Assembly: GCA_003693705.1 (NCBI GenBank)
Contig: RBZT01000176.1
Location: forward strand, 1,539-65,538
Source of the DNA: Polymyxa betae A26-41
Lineage: Eukaryota > Protista > Endomyxa: Phytomyxea
Direction: 5' to 3'
Length of the DNA stretch: 64,000 nt
The position numbers were made by a program, and so were the translations under genes. The notes beneath the pieces are model-generated. The model was not told the origin of the DNA. It saw nothing but the letters and a program-made list of their open reading frames with translations, and did not search any database. Shown here one piece after another: positions 14,930-28,200 of the stretch; position 1 is the stretch's first letter, and each line of letters opens with the position of its first letter.

Positions 14930-15475
14930 ATGCTGGGAATATTATCCAAGGTTCTAACACCGAAAACCTTAAGAGAAGAATACGAAGAGTCGTTAGTAAA
15001 AGAAGGTTGAATGTGTGACAAATGGCGGTAAGAGAGTTGAATAACGATATGCAGGCGCTGGGGAAGATTGGGGCGAAGTATCTGATGATGATGTTGCCAA
15101 TCATATAGTTCCTTTAGATAACATCCTGGACCTAGAAGCTGCACGAGAGGTAGCATTATTCCAGGTCAGAGCCATCACATCCATCTCGTAATCTCTTACA
15201 GTAGTTAGGCGGCAGCTCGGAACGATGTCAAGTCAGGATCATATCTAATTGCAGAAGGTGCTGAAGTAAACTGCCAGGATGCAGACAATCTCTGCACAGC
15301 TCTACATGTGGCTTGCAGCTGTGGAAATTTAGGTGTCGCAGAGCTCTTAGTACGAGCTGGTGCTGATATGGAATTATGCAATAAGGATGGCAAGAAAGCA
15401 ACAGATTTGGCTCAGCAGAACGGCTATCGTGACATAGTCTTGATATTAAATCTACTTAGCCATGATCTTTGCTAA
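14930..15475 (+). CDS. Small ankyrin-repeat protein (missed by the ORF track; multi-exon)
   Basis: Last exon reads AAARNDVKSGSYLIAEGAEVNCQD..TALHVACSCGNLGVAELLVRAGAD...GKKATDLAQQNG. The 5' exons are tentative. Confidence 0.75.
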
Positions 15476-16099
15476 CATTTCGTTAGCCAAAATAAAGATC
15501 GATCTAAATCAGAAAATGAAACGTAAATGATTTTTTGGAATGAGCGACAAGTTGGTAAAATTGGAACTCTGTGAAGATCCCGAACCGAACTGTCTAGGTA
15601 GGTGGTGATTCCGAGCCGAGCTTCGCTCATCATCTTTAAACCAATAGACAGCCCAGTCCCAAAGTTCATTCATGAAAATGCTCTCTTCACAATACATCGA
15701 TTGTCATCTTGACTTCAGATTTAGTCGAGAGTTTAGATTGAACGTGGTCAAGCTTAGACGGTTAACGGTTGATCTATACAAGCAATTACATGCGAGCTTG
15801 AGTTCTTACCAGCTTGCGACCGTTGAAGTCAATACTGATCCACCATATGCTGCCTTATAAGGCCCTCAAGATCCTCGTTCCTGTTTTCTAAAACCTCTCA
15901 AGTCTTTGAACAGAGAGACGGGCAGCTACATTCTTTACTAATTATAATCGAGCAAGCTTTGCATTTATTAACGTCCGGATTCAGGCGGGAGTCCTCTATT
16001 TAACGTTGATCAGAAGAAATTTTTTTCTGAAAGTCAATCAGATTTATTTACAATTGTTGTCTGCTTCTCAATGAATAATCATTACGTAAGATTATTGGG

Positions 16100-17595
16100 T
16101 TAAATCGATATCCATTTGATAAAATGTCAATGGAAAGGCTGTTACTGATCCTGGCAAAGTCACGTTCCATGATCTATACAATATCAGTCACTGCAAGCCT
16201 TTCTCAGATTCTGATCAAACTTTACCTGTTACAAAAACCCATCCTGTGGGTGATATGCAGAAATCAAACTCTCTTTGAGTACGAACTTAAACCTGGCTCT
16301 AGATCATCAATTGGGCTGGGGATAAATCATTGCCGAATTCACCAAGCATATCATCTCTAAATACAGGAATTAATGATCATCTTCCACCAACTGTTAATAG
16401 CCAACATGACTGGAGTAGTCCTGTTATACAATCTGCATCAACTGCTCTTAAAAGTCTCAAAATGGTGAACATTATGCCATCAAAGGAAGGCGAATCTGCA
16501 ACAGTCCAACGTCAGTTTACTGAAAAAGGTGGTCAGTATCTTAAAGGAAGATTTACATTCCAAGAAAAAGAGCGTTTGAGGCAAGCAATTATTCGTTATG
16601 TTGAGGTATGTAAAGTGCATAATGAAAGTATCAGATTGTGGGAATTTAGTTCTGTTCACAGGAGCATGATCTGGGTTCTAACGGAATTCAATTATTATGT
16701 GCCAAGGAAAGGAGGCCTGAATTAAGAGGAGCTTGGGCTACGATCGGTAATGCCTCTATAGCTGATCATTAATCTAGTCCTAACGTGATATTTAGCATCG
16801 GTAGTGCCTCAAAGATCAGTTAGCTCATGTTATCACTTTTGCACTAGAGCATTCTCTGCCCGATCAACTGGCCGATGGACAGAAAAGGATATCGATCTTC
16901 TCAGGTTTGTGTACACTTCTTTTGCTGTAAATACTCAATTCAAGATACTATTAGAGACATGGTTGCTAAACATGGTCGAAAGTGGACAGTTATCGGAGCA
17001 TTAATTAAAAGGCTGCCGTGTTCATGCAGAGATAAATGGAGGTATACACAATGTACAATATTTCCAATCGCGGTTGACAGCAGCTTCTAGGCTGATTGAA
17101 AAGAAAAATCTCTGGTCGTTAAATGACGATAATCTCTTGATATGTCATGTGATGGCCAACAGCGAGGTCGTTTCTAAAGACATTGGAAAGCATTCACAAC
17201 AAGAAGCGATGAAACGCTGGGTCTCGAGATACCGCGATTTGATATTCGGCGAGAAACGACAGATCCTAACTCGAAATGATGTGATTCTGCTGGAGAAGGT
17301 GATCGACATGAATCCTGTCAATTCGCTAGACATTCATTGGCCTGATATTCTTCCTGTGGGCGACTGGTAATGGTTAAACGTTTGTTTGGAATCATGAAAT
17401 CATGATCTTGTGATATGCAGGCCAGGAGCTTTCTGCATGTGGCGATGGGAAATAATCTCCAGATTCACAAAGATGGTGCATCTACAGCGTCCTGCTAAGG
17501 TTGCTGAATGGATGCTGAACAATATGGTGATGCAGAACGAAAACTGTAGAAGTGACCCCAGCACTCCCGATGGCAGTACAAATTTATCAAGATAA
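16100..17595 (+). CDS. Myb-domain DNA-binding protein of the Reb1/TTF1/DMTF1 type; 5' end uncertain (may extend to ~15540)
   Basis: GRFTFQEKERLRQAI, RSVSSCY, GRWTEKDIDLL..MVAKHGRKWTVIGALIKR.PCSCRDKWR and IHWPDI. Confidence 0.8.
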
Positions 17596-17908
17596 TCAAA
17601 ATTGACCTGTCAGTTACTGTATACGAACGGGACATTTAGACAAGTACTTTTATTTACAATGAAACTTTTCTATTGTACATCAACATCCCACATTATTGTA
17701 AATGTATGTTAATCATGCATTCGTAGAAAACAGAAATCAGGATGTCAAGGACAAAGGGTCAACTGTCGCAAGTCTATATGATGACACATTCATAGTTAAG
17801 AATGGAGTAGGAAGTACCCCGGTAGCGCAGCCTCCCATATCCATCTACCTATAAGGCTGCCGTAGAGATCAATACAATACATTGTATGGGTGTCCAGATC
17901 TCCATTGC

Positions 17909-18914
17909 ATGATGGCTTCCAATACACATGTTATACCTGGCAGTGGCATACGGGATGTCTGGGCCGACAATCTCCTCGAGGAGCTTGACCATATCATGGA
18001 TCTTATCGTCCGGTATCCCTATGTATCTATCGACACAGAGTTCCCTGGAGTCGTCCTCAGACCCATCGGCTCGTTTACTCATGATACAACTTCCACGTAT
18101 CGCTACCAAGTTGTGAGGGTTCGTTTATGTGCTCCCCCTTGTGAGGAATCTCTTTTCTAATAATGTCTTTTTTAGACGAACGTCGATATGCTATCATTGA
18201 TTCAGATCGCGTTCTCCTTTGCTGACGAAAACAACCGAAAACCAGAGGGAATTCACACGTGGCAGTTCAATCTGAAATTTGATATTAAGTATGTCGCATA
18301 ACATTTTTTTTTTCGTATAATTTCTGTTCGCTTTTCTGCATTTTTCGTTTTTTATAGCATTTGCTGATCAAAGTTATTTCAGCTCCGATGTTTTCTCGCA
18401 AGAATCCATCGAGATGTTAATGGCAGCGGGAATCGATTTTAATGAATTGGCCAAACGTGGAATTGAGGGCCATATATTGGCTGAACATTTAATCGTGTCT
18501 GGCATTGTATTAAATCCTGATGTACATTTTATTGCCTTCCATTCGGGTTATGACTTCGCCTACCTCCTTCGGCTTCTGTGTGCATTCCCATTACCGAAAA
18601 CGCATGCTGCATTTCTGGAACTTGTCCAGATTTATTTTCCGAATATTTATGATGTCAAATATTTGATGCGGTAGGTCGTATTGAAAGTGCTGTACTCTGT
18701 CACTAAAAGGCGCTTTTACAGGTCTTGTGAATCGCTTCATGGAGGTCTGTCTCAATTAGCATCGGGTTTGAACATTACCAGATCTGGTATCAGACATCAA
18801 GCAGGTAGCGATGCCCTCCTAACTGCTGATGCCTTTTTTGCTATGAAATCGAAATTTTTCGATGATGTTATCAATAACGACAAGTTCAAAGATGTCATAT
18901 ATGGGTTAACATGA
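17909..18914 (+). CDS. CAF1: CCR4-NOT deadenylase subunit CAF1/POP2
   Basis: IRDVWADNL, YVSIDTEFPG, WQFN, FHSGYDFAYL, YDVKY and HQAGSDALLT (DEDDh). Confidence 0.96.
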
Positions 18915-19130
18915 TGCACAAAACTTCCAAGTCTTCTAATTATGTACTGTTCTAATTATTTTCCTGAGTTGTACAAAGCTTATTATAATTTAATCTGGAG
19001 AATTTAATTGACTGCATCGCAATTTGCATTGTAGACGACAGACTTCGAATGTTTAGTCAAGATCTCTAGATCATATTTATTCGATATGCAAAACAAAACT
19101 TGGATAGAGTTAAACACAATCTTTAAACGA

Positions 19131-20199
19131 TTACTGGGTTTGCTTGTCAAGGTTAACAATGGCCAAGATGAACTGATATGTCATCTTGAGCCATTGTGTA
19201 ATGCCTTGTTTTCTTGGAACCTCTAATACCGGCCAACGACATCGATATGCGCACACAGCAGCTAATCCCTTTTTTGTTTTTCGAACGTAATCAAGCACGC
19301 AGGCCGTGTGAAATACTTTGCCACACATATATTCGCAATGAAGCCTTTCACCACCAGTTCTTTCTAAACAGATCGCGCACGTAGCATCACTCATCACTTC
19401 TCGATACGCATTCTGTTCAGCATCAGTTAATTGGTAAAGATGATTACGAGGAATAGCCTTCGGCATATTCTTTCTCAAATTGCTAGCCGTGTCAAGAATC
19501 TCTTTCACCACCCCATCTGGATCAACACCTTTAGAAGCAACATATTTGGCCATAGCGTCTTGAGCCAAATCGAGCCAGAGAGATTGCAAAGGAAATGTGA
19601 TCACGAGTTCTGCATCATAATTCAGTCACAAAACTCAGCTGTTTAATAAATGACAAACCTTGCCATGGTTTAGGATCTTCAGGAGTAGAAACAGCGATTG
19701 AAGGATCCACATATTTGGTCTTCGATATGAGCTCAGATGTTGCCTGAATCGCCTGAAACTCTTTGACGCAAATTCGTTTGTAATTCTCTAATTCTTCGAC
19801 TGAAAACCGTTTGAAGATTGTGCTCAAGAGATTGACCCGATCGGCCAATCTCAACCAGAATCTGAAGAAATCCAAATAGTCGATCGTCTTGTTATCCCAA
19901 ATCTCGTCAGCTGTTATGACCAGGCTGTCAAACATCTTATCGATATCAGAGAGACACTCATCATTCTTGATGTCATCTATTAATCCTTGTGGGAAGCGGG
20001 ATTTATAGGACAGATTAAGTCTTGTTAAGCGAAGAGCAAGGGGGATCGAAGTATCTTCTTCAAGTTTGGTGAGTAGAGGAATGACCTTATCTGCGACAAA
20101 GGCCTGGTGGTCCACGATTGAAGTGGAAGCAGTCAAATCAATGAAACAAACGCATAGTAACAATGCTAAAACCATATGACCAATCATGTCTGGTTTCAA
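19131..20199 (-). CDS. Secreted protein with C-terminal C4HC3 RING finger (candidate effector E3 ligase); 2 exons
   Basis: Signal peptide (MVLALLLCVCFIDLTAS). A ~50-nt GT-AG intron joins the two ORFs in frame. CAIC..C.xxC..H..C...C.xxC. Confidence 0.8.
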
Positions 20200-20436
20200 T
20201 AATTACCAATTGCCTGTATCTTATAGATAACAAAGACAACAGCAGAAAGGGTTCTCGATTTCAAGGCAGGTCGAATCTAGACGAGATTCCCCGCTCGACA
20301 TCCACCATACTCCGCACGCAGATTTCTCAGAATATTACTCCTATCAGCTACCTACTATACGCAACTCTCTTTAAAGTTAAACTGAAAAATTTCCGGCTGC
20401 GCAATAAATGAAATGTGCACTATCCATGTCACACTT

Positions 20437-21011
20437 AGACCCTGGTTCAAGTACATACTTAGACGCCTCGGACAATTTCAGAAATTGCTGTCAAAGTAAA
20501 TCGCCCATCAATTTATCAAGAAATAGATGAACAGTTTTTGCGTGAGTGCCGCAACAAATTCTGCGTCTGTTCTGAATGGGCGCAGTTTGTTTACGTATAA
20601 GATTCACGTTCCTGTTCTTGTTACCTTGCTTCCAGAGTAGCCTCATTGCAGTTTCCAATTGTAATTGCCGTAATAAAGCCTGTGCAAATGAACTCCGAGC
20701 AGATCTCAACGTGTGCCCTGCCAACGATCCCCTCCTGTCACTGAAACCGACACTAGAACCAGGGTTCATGCTGCAATCATTCCAGCCGCTAGGGTCGTTA
20801 ATGAAACCACCAGATCCCCTGTAACAGCAGCAGCAACAATCGGATCTTTGAAAAAAATGCAATTTTATTGCGTATTCTTGACCTGAAATAGTCGTCTATT
20901 TCAGAAAAGGACCCCACGGGGCACGGAGATCATATTGGAAATAGCCAACTCGCAATCTGATTGGTGGGAGCATCAATTGCGCCACGGGGTCTATTTACTG
21001 AACCAGGGTCT
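20437..21011. mobile_element. Putative non-autonomous TIR element (MITE-like), ~575 bp
   Basis: Perfect 13-bp inverted repeat AGACCCTGGTTCA (20437-20449) / TGAACCAGGGTCT (20999-21011) with degenerate inward extension. No clear TSD and no transposase. Confidence 0.5.
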
Positions 21012-22061
21012 TAAAGTTGATACTGTTATCAAATCAAAATGTAAGATATGAGACCACTTATCTCCATTCAATCTGTTCATTGCATATATCAATTACATTT
21101 GTGCTGGCAACTGCTTCAACACCTTCATATTGCCCAACAAAAAGCCTTTTGAGGTAGCCAGTAACGGTGTCTTGTTTTTGTCTGATGGGTTTTCATCTAG
21201 AAATGAATATTATCTTTGATTCGAGATCCATAATATGGAGTCTTGCTAGGTAGACGCTATCGACGTCTTTTCCAGGTTCTTTTTAATGAAAACTTGCAGC
21301 AACCAACGTTCCTATAGCAAGTTCAACCTTTTTAAAGAATTCACTAAAACAAAACAGTCAAATGTTAACGCGACTTACAAGAAGTCAAGAACCAATCTTA
21401 TCCGATAGTAGGTCTTCTAAAAGTATTGACACTTTGCTTTTGGAAATAGTAGCTGCGTAATTTGGAGCTTAATTGCACGAATAATGTCTCTAAACAGGAC
21501 AGCAGGTTCAGACTTCTTGAATTGTTCCAAGCAGAAGAATTTATCGAGTATATCTTATCTGAGCTAGACCCATCACCGTCCTCAATTCAACTTATAACAC
21601 GCTGTGCAAAACTCAAATAAACTCTTCTCAAAGATCCAGTGAGATTAGCATTGACACTTCGACTTTACATGTAATTAATGCAGATGTCGAATGCTTTGAA
21701 ATAAGATCTTTCGTCTTATTGCAATGACAGGCCGGACCTTTACGATAAAATCTGCGAATTTAGAGAAAAACAAGAAAAGCACTTATTAGCAGTACATACA
21801 TAGAGAAAGAGCTATATGGCATCACAGCATATAGAACACGTTTATCTAGCGAAGATTACAGATCGGTATTCAAGCAAATTGAAGGAAAAGGAATCGTCTT
21901 AGTTTGCTGAATAAAATTAACAGGCTGTGCTGTCATCTTCATCACAAGGCTGTTACTGATGCTTTGGTTTAGAGCAAGAACAATCAAGAATACGCCCGTT
22001 TAAGCAGATTGAAAACAGAAAATGAGATGTATTTCAGTGTATTGATTGTAAAATAGATAAT

Positions 22062-23481
22062 CTAGTTGCGCTTGAGATATTTCGTGATCGCTTCATTATC
22101 AGGTTTGTGAGGTTTATCAACGAATCCATATTGTCGGCAATTCCAACATTTCTGTAGAGTACCAACCTTGACCTAAGTGTAATTTACATTCTAGATGTGT
22201 AAATTTGACACATGAGAAGCATGCATAAGCAGGCTTAATAATTGGGAATGTAGATAGAACAGATCCTTTCTCTCTTATAGAAGCTACATAGTCAATAACA
22301 GTTCCTTGATCTCCAGGACCACGATCTTCATCTTTAGGCGTGTATCCTTCTTGATGTTTCGCCTGCCATTTGTAATAATTAGGATCAACATATTCCAGAC
22401 ATGATATACATGTTGGATCATAATCACGTTTAGCCGCTTCAGCATGAATATCAATTGGTTCTGATTGACCGCAAGCTTTAACAATACGATGTTCTTGTTC
22501 ATCAGCAAACCACCATGGCTGTACTGAATCAATATCAATAACATGATGCTCAGAGGTCGAGGCTCCTTTATCGCTCATATTACCGCCATCATTATCAATG
22601 TCAGAACTGCTGGCGATATCTTCTTGGATAACCTCCTTTTCAGGTTCGCTCGAAGGCAATTCTTGCTTTGGTTCGGGAAGGTATTCTCGTTGAAGATAAT
22701 CGAGCCACATACGATTCATAGCTCGGAATAGACGTTGATCAACTAATGGATGACGATAGAAAGCAGCTTCATAAGCATTATAAACTTTCTGGATCGTAGA
22801 GCCCAACCAATATAGATCAAGCCAGATCCATCCTTCAGGTAATTTCATGGAATAAAATCGACGTTCACCCCTTTGTTCGACAACTAAATATGGAGCACAA
22901 TCAACCATATAGCAACCCATACGTAAAACTATCTCATTATATTCTTGATGATATTGTTCATGTAGTGGTAACCAGAACATTGCTTGATCGAAGAATTAGA
23001 GAAAGTTAGAAGCTTGTTGCCACAATAAGAGATCTCCCTTCAATAATATAGTTGGTATTGGATCATCAGTTCTGTTCTCTTCTTCCATAGTCTTTGAGCT
23101 GCTGTATTTCACCACTAATCGACGACTGAATTCAATTAATTCTTTCATAACCTGACTAGTGAATATATTTGCATTAGTGATAGCATCACATTGGGCATCA
23201 GAAGGAATCATTTCACCATTTGCCATATTAAGCTGACGACGGGCTTGTAGATAGTATTTGAATGAGATATCAGCAGCATTGTAATAGAATGTTTGATCAC
23301 AATGTTGTTCAGGATGACGGATTAATTGTAGGACTGATTGGATCTCTTCAGGTAATACATCAATATTGATATTAATAGGAATAGTATGAAGGAATAGTTG
23401 AGGATTATCTTGAATTAATGTAGAGCTGATAGAGATACAGCTCTGTACAATACACAGTATGATGATGATATAATACATCAT
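22062..23481 (-). pseudogene. Disrupted secreted C4HC3 RING protein (in-frame TAA plus a +1 frameshift)
   Basis: Signal peptide MMYYIIIILCIVQSCIS. ORFs 22996-23481 and 22117-22980 are in frame, separated by a single TAA. The last RING pair (CWNCR) lies in a shifted frame ending ...KYLKRN*. Confidence 0.65.
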
Positions 23482-23876
23482 GATGAACTAATGAGATGAG
23501 ATCATACAAATACCGTAGTAACAGGGTCCGTAGATCTGATCACGTTACAGTTCCCTGTACTACGCAGTCCTTGTATATATGTACGGGATTACATCTCGGG
23601 ACGGGAACCCCCGTAATCCTCCATTACTTGTATTAATACATCCACGTTGAAGCCTGGTTAATACATTCTAACAACAAAGATGATTTAGAGTATAGATTTG
23701 CCATGCCGGCTTAATCCCGTCACATTCATGAAGCAATAAATCCTACAGAGAATACCGGTCCAATACTTGATCATCTCTCTTGCAATAATGGTTGATTTCG
23801 TTAGAGTCATATTGACAGTAACAGAGCTTGAAGAAAGGCGATGTATTTATTATCAGGTGATAGATTGCAGAATATG

Positions 23877-25108
23877 TCACCATTTGGGTACATTACGAAA
23901 TCCTACAGCAGGTATCTCTCTACATTTACCATGTTGTAGATCAACAACACGTATAATATTACCAGCACCAGCAGATACAAATTCATGTGTTGTAGGATTA
24001 AAATGTGATGAATATGATCCTTCAGTCTGTCTATGAAATATATTTGCACCTAAATCTATAATATTTGTACGATCTGGACCATATCTATCTATCACTTGAA
24101 TCTCATTAGGTTTCGTACCACCAAATCCAATACGAACTGGACCAATCTGTACGGACATGATATCAGTATACATGGTCAGTGTAACATGAATGTAACGTAT
24201 TATGGAACATAAACGAGTGTTGTGCTTACAGTTGAGAACTGTGCAGTATATACCATAGTATTAGTATGTAATTGTGTAATAGGATGTGATATAGATCTAA
24301 TATCCCATATCTGTATTTGATCTTTATCAGTCCATGATCCAGTTAATATTTCATGTCCTTTCATATCAATAGCATCACCACATATATGAGGTCCATATAT
24401 TAATGCAGATGATTCTATACCAGGACTAGCACGTATATCCCACATACGTACCTATATCAACTATTACAATCTCATACTAATACAGATATTAGAACTTACA
24501 GTATCATCCCATCCACCAGATAATATAATATTATCCTGATCTTGATGATATTTCGCTGAAAATATTCTATTAGTATGTCCAGATAATGTACGTATAATAG
24601 AGCCAGTAGTCTCATCATATACACGAATATGACGATCTTTACCAGCAGTAACTAACATTAGGGCATCTCTACTATAATCTAATGCCATTAGCTGATTATC
24701 AGGTTCAACTAGATGCCGTATCTTAGCACCAGTTTGATAATTATATTCAGCAATATGTCCATTAGTATATGTAGCAGCTAATACATGTTGTAATGAATCG
24801 GATGTGATCTGAGGTCGAAATCTGATAGATGTAGCAGGTGCTGATGATGTAGTAGCAGTAATAAACTGTAGACATGATCCAGTATATGAATGATATATAC
24901 CAATACATCCATCAGATGTAGATACAGCTATCTGACGTCCATCTTTAGACCATTGTACTGCTAATATATTCGATATTGATGCAGGGATACGTCGTAAATC
25001 TTCCACACTATCTATATGATTATGTCGTAATGCTTGGAAATAATCTACACCGATCCACGATTGACGGCGTACAACCCCAACATCAGCACCACCTTCCGAC
25101 ATCATCAT
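23877..25108 (-). CDS. WD40-repeat protein (3 exons)
   Basis: LVTAGKDRHIRVYD, GHTNRIFSAKY..ILSGGWDDTV and ILTGSWTDKDQIQIWD. Confidence 0.9.
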
Positions 25109-25206
25109 CTCAATAGATAAGTAATGTGGTGAGAGGCGGTACTGGCCCCCCGATCGATATGGTACGAAATGTTGAGAGATGGTGATAGAGTAGGTGTGTT
25201 GTGATT

Positions 25207-28200
25207 ATGAAGGGAGATTCATGTACAGGAGGAGGTCATGTTGATGATGTTGATGGGATCGTTATTAATGCAGAATCATTACACAAGTTAAAGGCATATT
25301 TTGATGATGCAGAATCTGAAGGTAAAGGTGGACTTGCTGAAGATGAGGTTGGTCCCCGTCGGCATACTGGCCCAACTCGTATGACACATAACGTGTATGA
25401 TGCAGTTCGTATCGTTACTGGCCCATGTTCTAAAGAAACGTAACACTACAGCACGACAGGAACTGACCCATCTATTTATGAAGATAGATGCTAATAGTGA
25501 TGGATCTGTTGATTGGGATGAATTTACAAATTATTTATTAATGGAGAGTCAATCGAATGATGTTATTGATAATCATGTATGTACAATATATAGAGACATA
25601 TATTGACATATCTCATATATATTATATATGTAGCATAATGACCTAGTACCAGCTAATATAAATGAACCAGTTGATAATCATCAACATTATCATAAAGATA
25701 TGATAGAGGATGTTCTGCATCTATCAAAATCTGATAAATACCTAACATGTAGTCGGGATGGAACATTTAAAGTAAGTGATTTATTGCATGAAATGTTACA
25801 ATAGATTCATGTTACATATCTGTAGATCTGGAACTGTAAAGATCTGTCACATTATCGAACAGTGCGATGTTCAGGTGGATGGATTATTGGATCATGTTTA
25901 TTACCAAGATCACAACGTATAGCAATATGTAACTTAGACTTAACATTGAATTTCTATGATGTGAACACATTTGAACTTGTATCACGATTTAATGATGATC
26001 CACGTACACGTCATCATCACTTAACTACATCGAAATATCATCAAGGATTACGTCGTACACAACCACGAACTCGACTCAGAAACATGCCTGTATCGATCTG
26101 TAATATCCCTACTACTGCCCCATCTGTAAACCCTAACAACCCTAGAACCCTAGAACCCTAACCCCCTTATAATAGGACCAGTTGGCTGTTGGTGATGTGA
26201 CCGGCTCTATTACCATCATACAATTTGCTGATAAATGGCATGCATGTGATGGATCTGTACCTGGTTGCAGTCACGAGACGGGCAAGTACCATGGCGTCCA
26301 GCAGACGTACTGGCCCGCCCTACATACCGATTGGATCACAGATTTGAAATTCATTCCAGAGTTCGATGCCCTGGTAACATCGTCACTGGATCATACGATA
26401 CAATTTCTGGATCTAGATCGTCGATCAGCTCCAGTCCGTAAACGTTACTTGGGTCATAATCGGGGTGTAACATCATTCGATTACAGTGCTGCATATAAAC
26501 TTATGATATCATGTGGATCATCACGACGTATATCTGTATGGGATCCATATAGATGTCGTGAAGTGAATTCATTATCTGGACATACTGCCCCCGTCCAACA
26601 AGTTCTAGCTAATGATGATGTGAATGAGATTATATCTGTATCAGTAGATAAGACTATTAAGATATGGGATTGTAGAACATACAGATGTATAAAGACTATA
26701 CAAGATATACATCATTATAGACCAGAAGATCGTATATCACGTATATCATATATCAAACAATATCAATATTTATTAACTGCATCTAATCATATATCTGTAT
26801 ATCAATCATTAACACCAACTAATAATATCGCACCAACTTCACATGATGATGAAATATGTAATGCTATCTATAACTCGGGATTTCAACAGGTCTGTTGCCA
26901 TCATGCCGTCGTACTGGTCCTCTAATTACTGAATGTGGGTATGTTCTCAGGTTGTTAGTGGTGATCGTTCTGGTGTTATAAAAGTATGGGATTTATTAAC
27001 AGGACATTTAGTGAGTCAATTTCGTCCAGGACATGGACATGGACGTATAACAGCAATGACATTTGATGCATCAATGAGACGTCTAATAACAGGTGCTGAT
27101 GATGGAACATTAATGATCTGGAATTTCAGTAGTGGTGCCTGTCTATCAACATGTATTAATAATGACAAATTATCATCAAGACGAGAGATAACATGTATTG
27201 GATTTATTGTTGATGAACGTGTACCAGATCATTCACTACGTCTACTTATTAGTTCAGGATGGGATGGTAATCTACAGATATGGTTAGATGGAGGATCTCG
27301 TGATCTACATAGAGATGGATATATTCAATCTGGTGGTATTGGTCGTGGTCATACAGATGATGTATCATGTATGTGTATATGTACATGCTCTATTATAGCT
27401 ACTGGATCATATGATGGATCTATAGGTCACATATCTCTCATATAACATCTATATACTGATTATGTTATAGTTATATGGAATCTAGATACTAAACAGGTGA
27501 AGAAGAAGATAGATCCTATTACACCTGCATCTAGTATTGATGCATTAGTATGTATTACATCATTATCATTAATTATTGCATGTGGTAGTAATGGATCTAT
27601 ACAAGCTCTCGATATGAGCACCTGGACCCGGGCCTGGGCCAGTACGGACGCCAGCCGCTCCTATCTCTGTTGTACTGGCCATGGTGAAGAGATATCGTTT
27701 GGTCTAGCATCTGGTCAGGTCCATATCTACCATCTCTATCGAGATAGATCCGAATTCGTTCGAGCATGGCGTGCTCATGATCGAGCTCTGATCAGTATTG
27801 AGGCCGTGGGCCAGCACGAGATGCTGGTGACCGGATCCCTAGATCGTCGTGTTCTGTTGTGGACCAGTACGGGGGCGTTGGTTGGTCAATTCTCCTCCTC
27901 ATCATCTGCTAAATCGTGGAATCTATTTGATAGATCAACATGGATATCATCATTATCAGATCTTATACAGATTAATAACACATCAACTACTCATACACAT
28001 GTTAATAATCATCAACATATTACTACCAGTGATTATGATATTATAATCAAGAATAAGGTCATACATGATCAATCAGAAGATGAGTATTGGAAATCGTTAA
28101 AATCTGTCAGATCACGATTAAATCAGGTTCGTGATACAACAAATCGCTTGTTCTATCTCCTTCTAAGAATAGCATCAGAAACTGACCCGGGCCGGTATGG

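Noticed and set aside
20491-20862. ORFs inside the TIR element as a transposase
   Set aside because: Short and without DDE or DNA-binding motifs.
22981-23025. Intron or alternative genetic code rescuing the in-frame TAA
   Set aside because: The candidate GT-AG intron (41 nt) breaks the frame, and TAA is a normal stop in many genes here.
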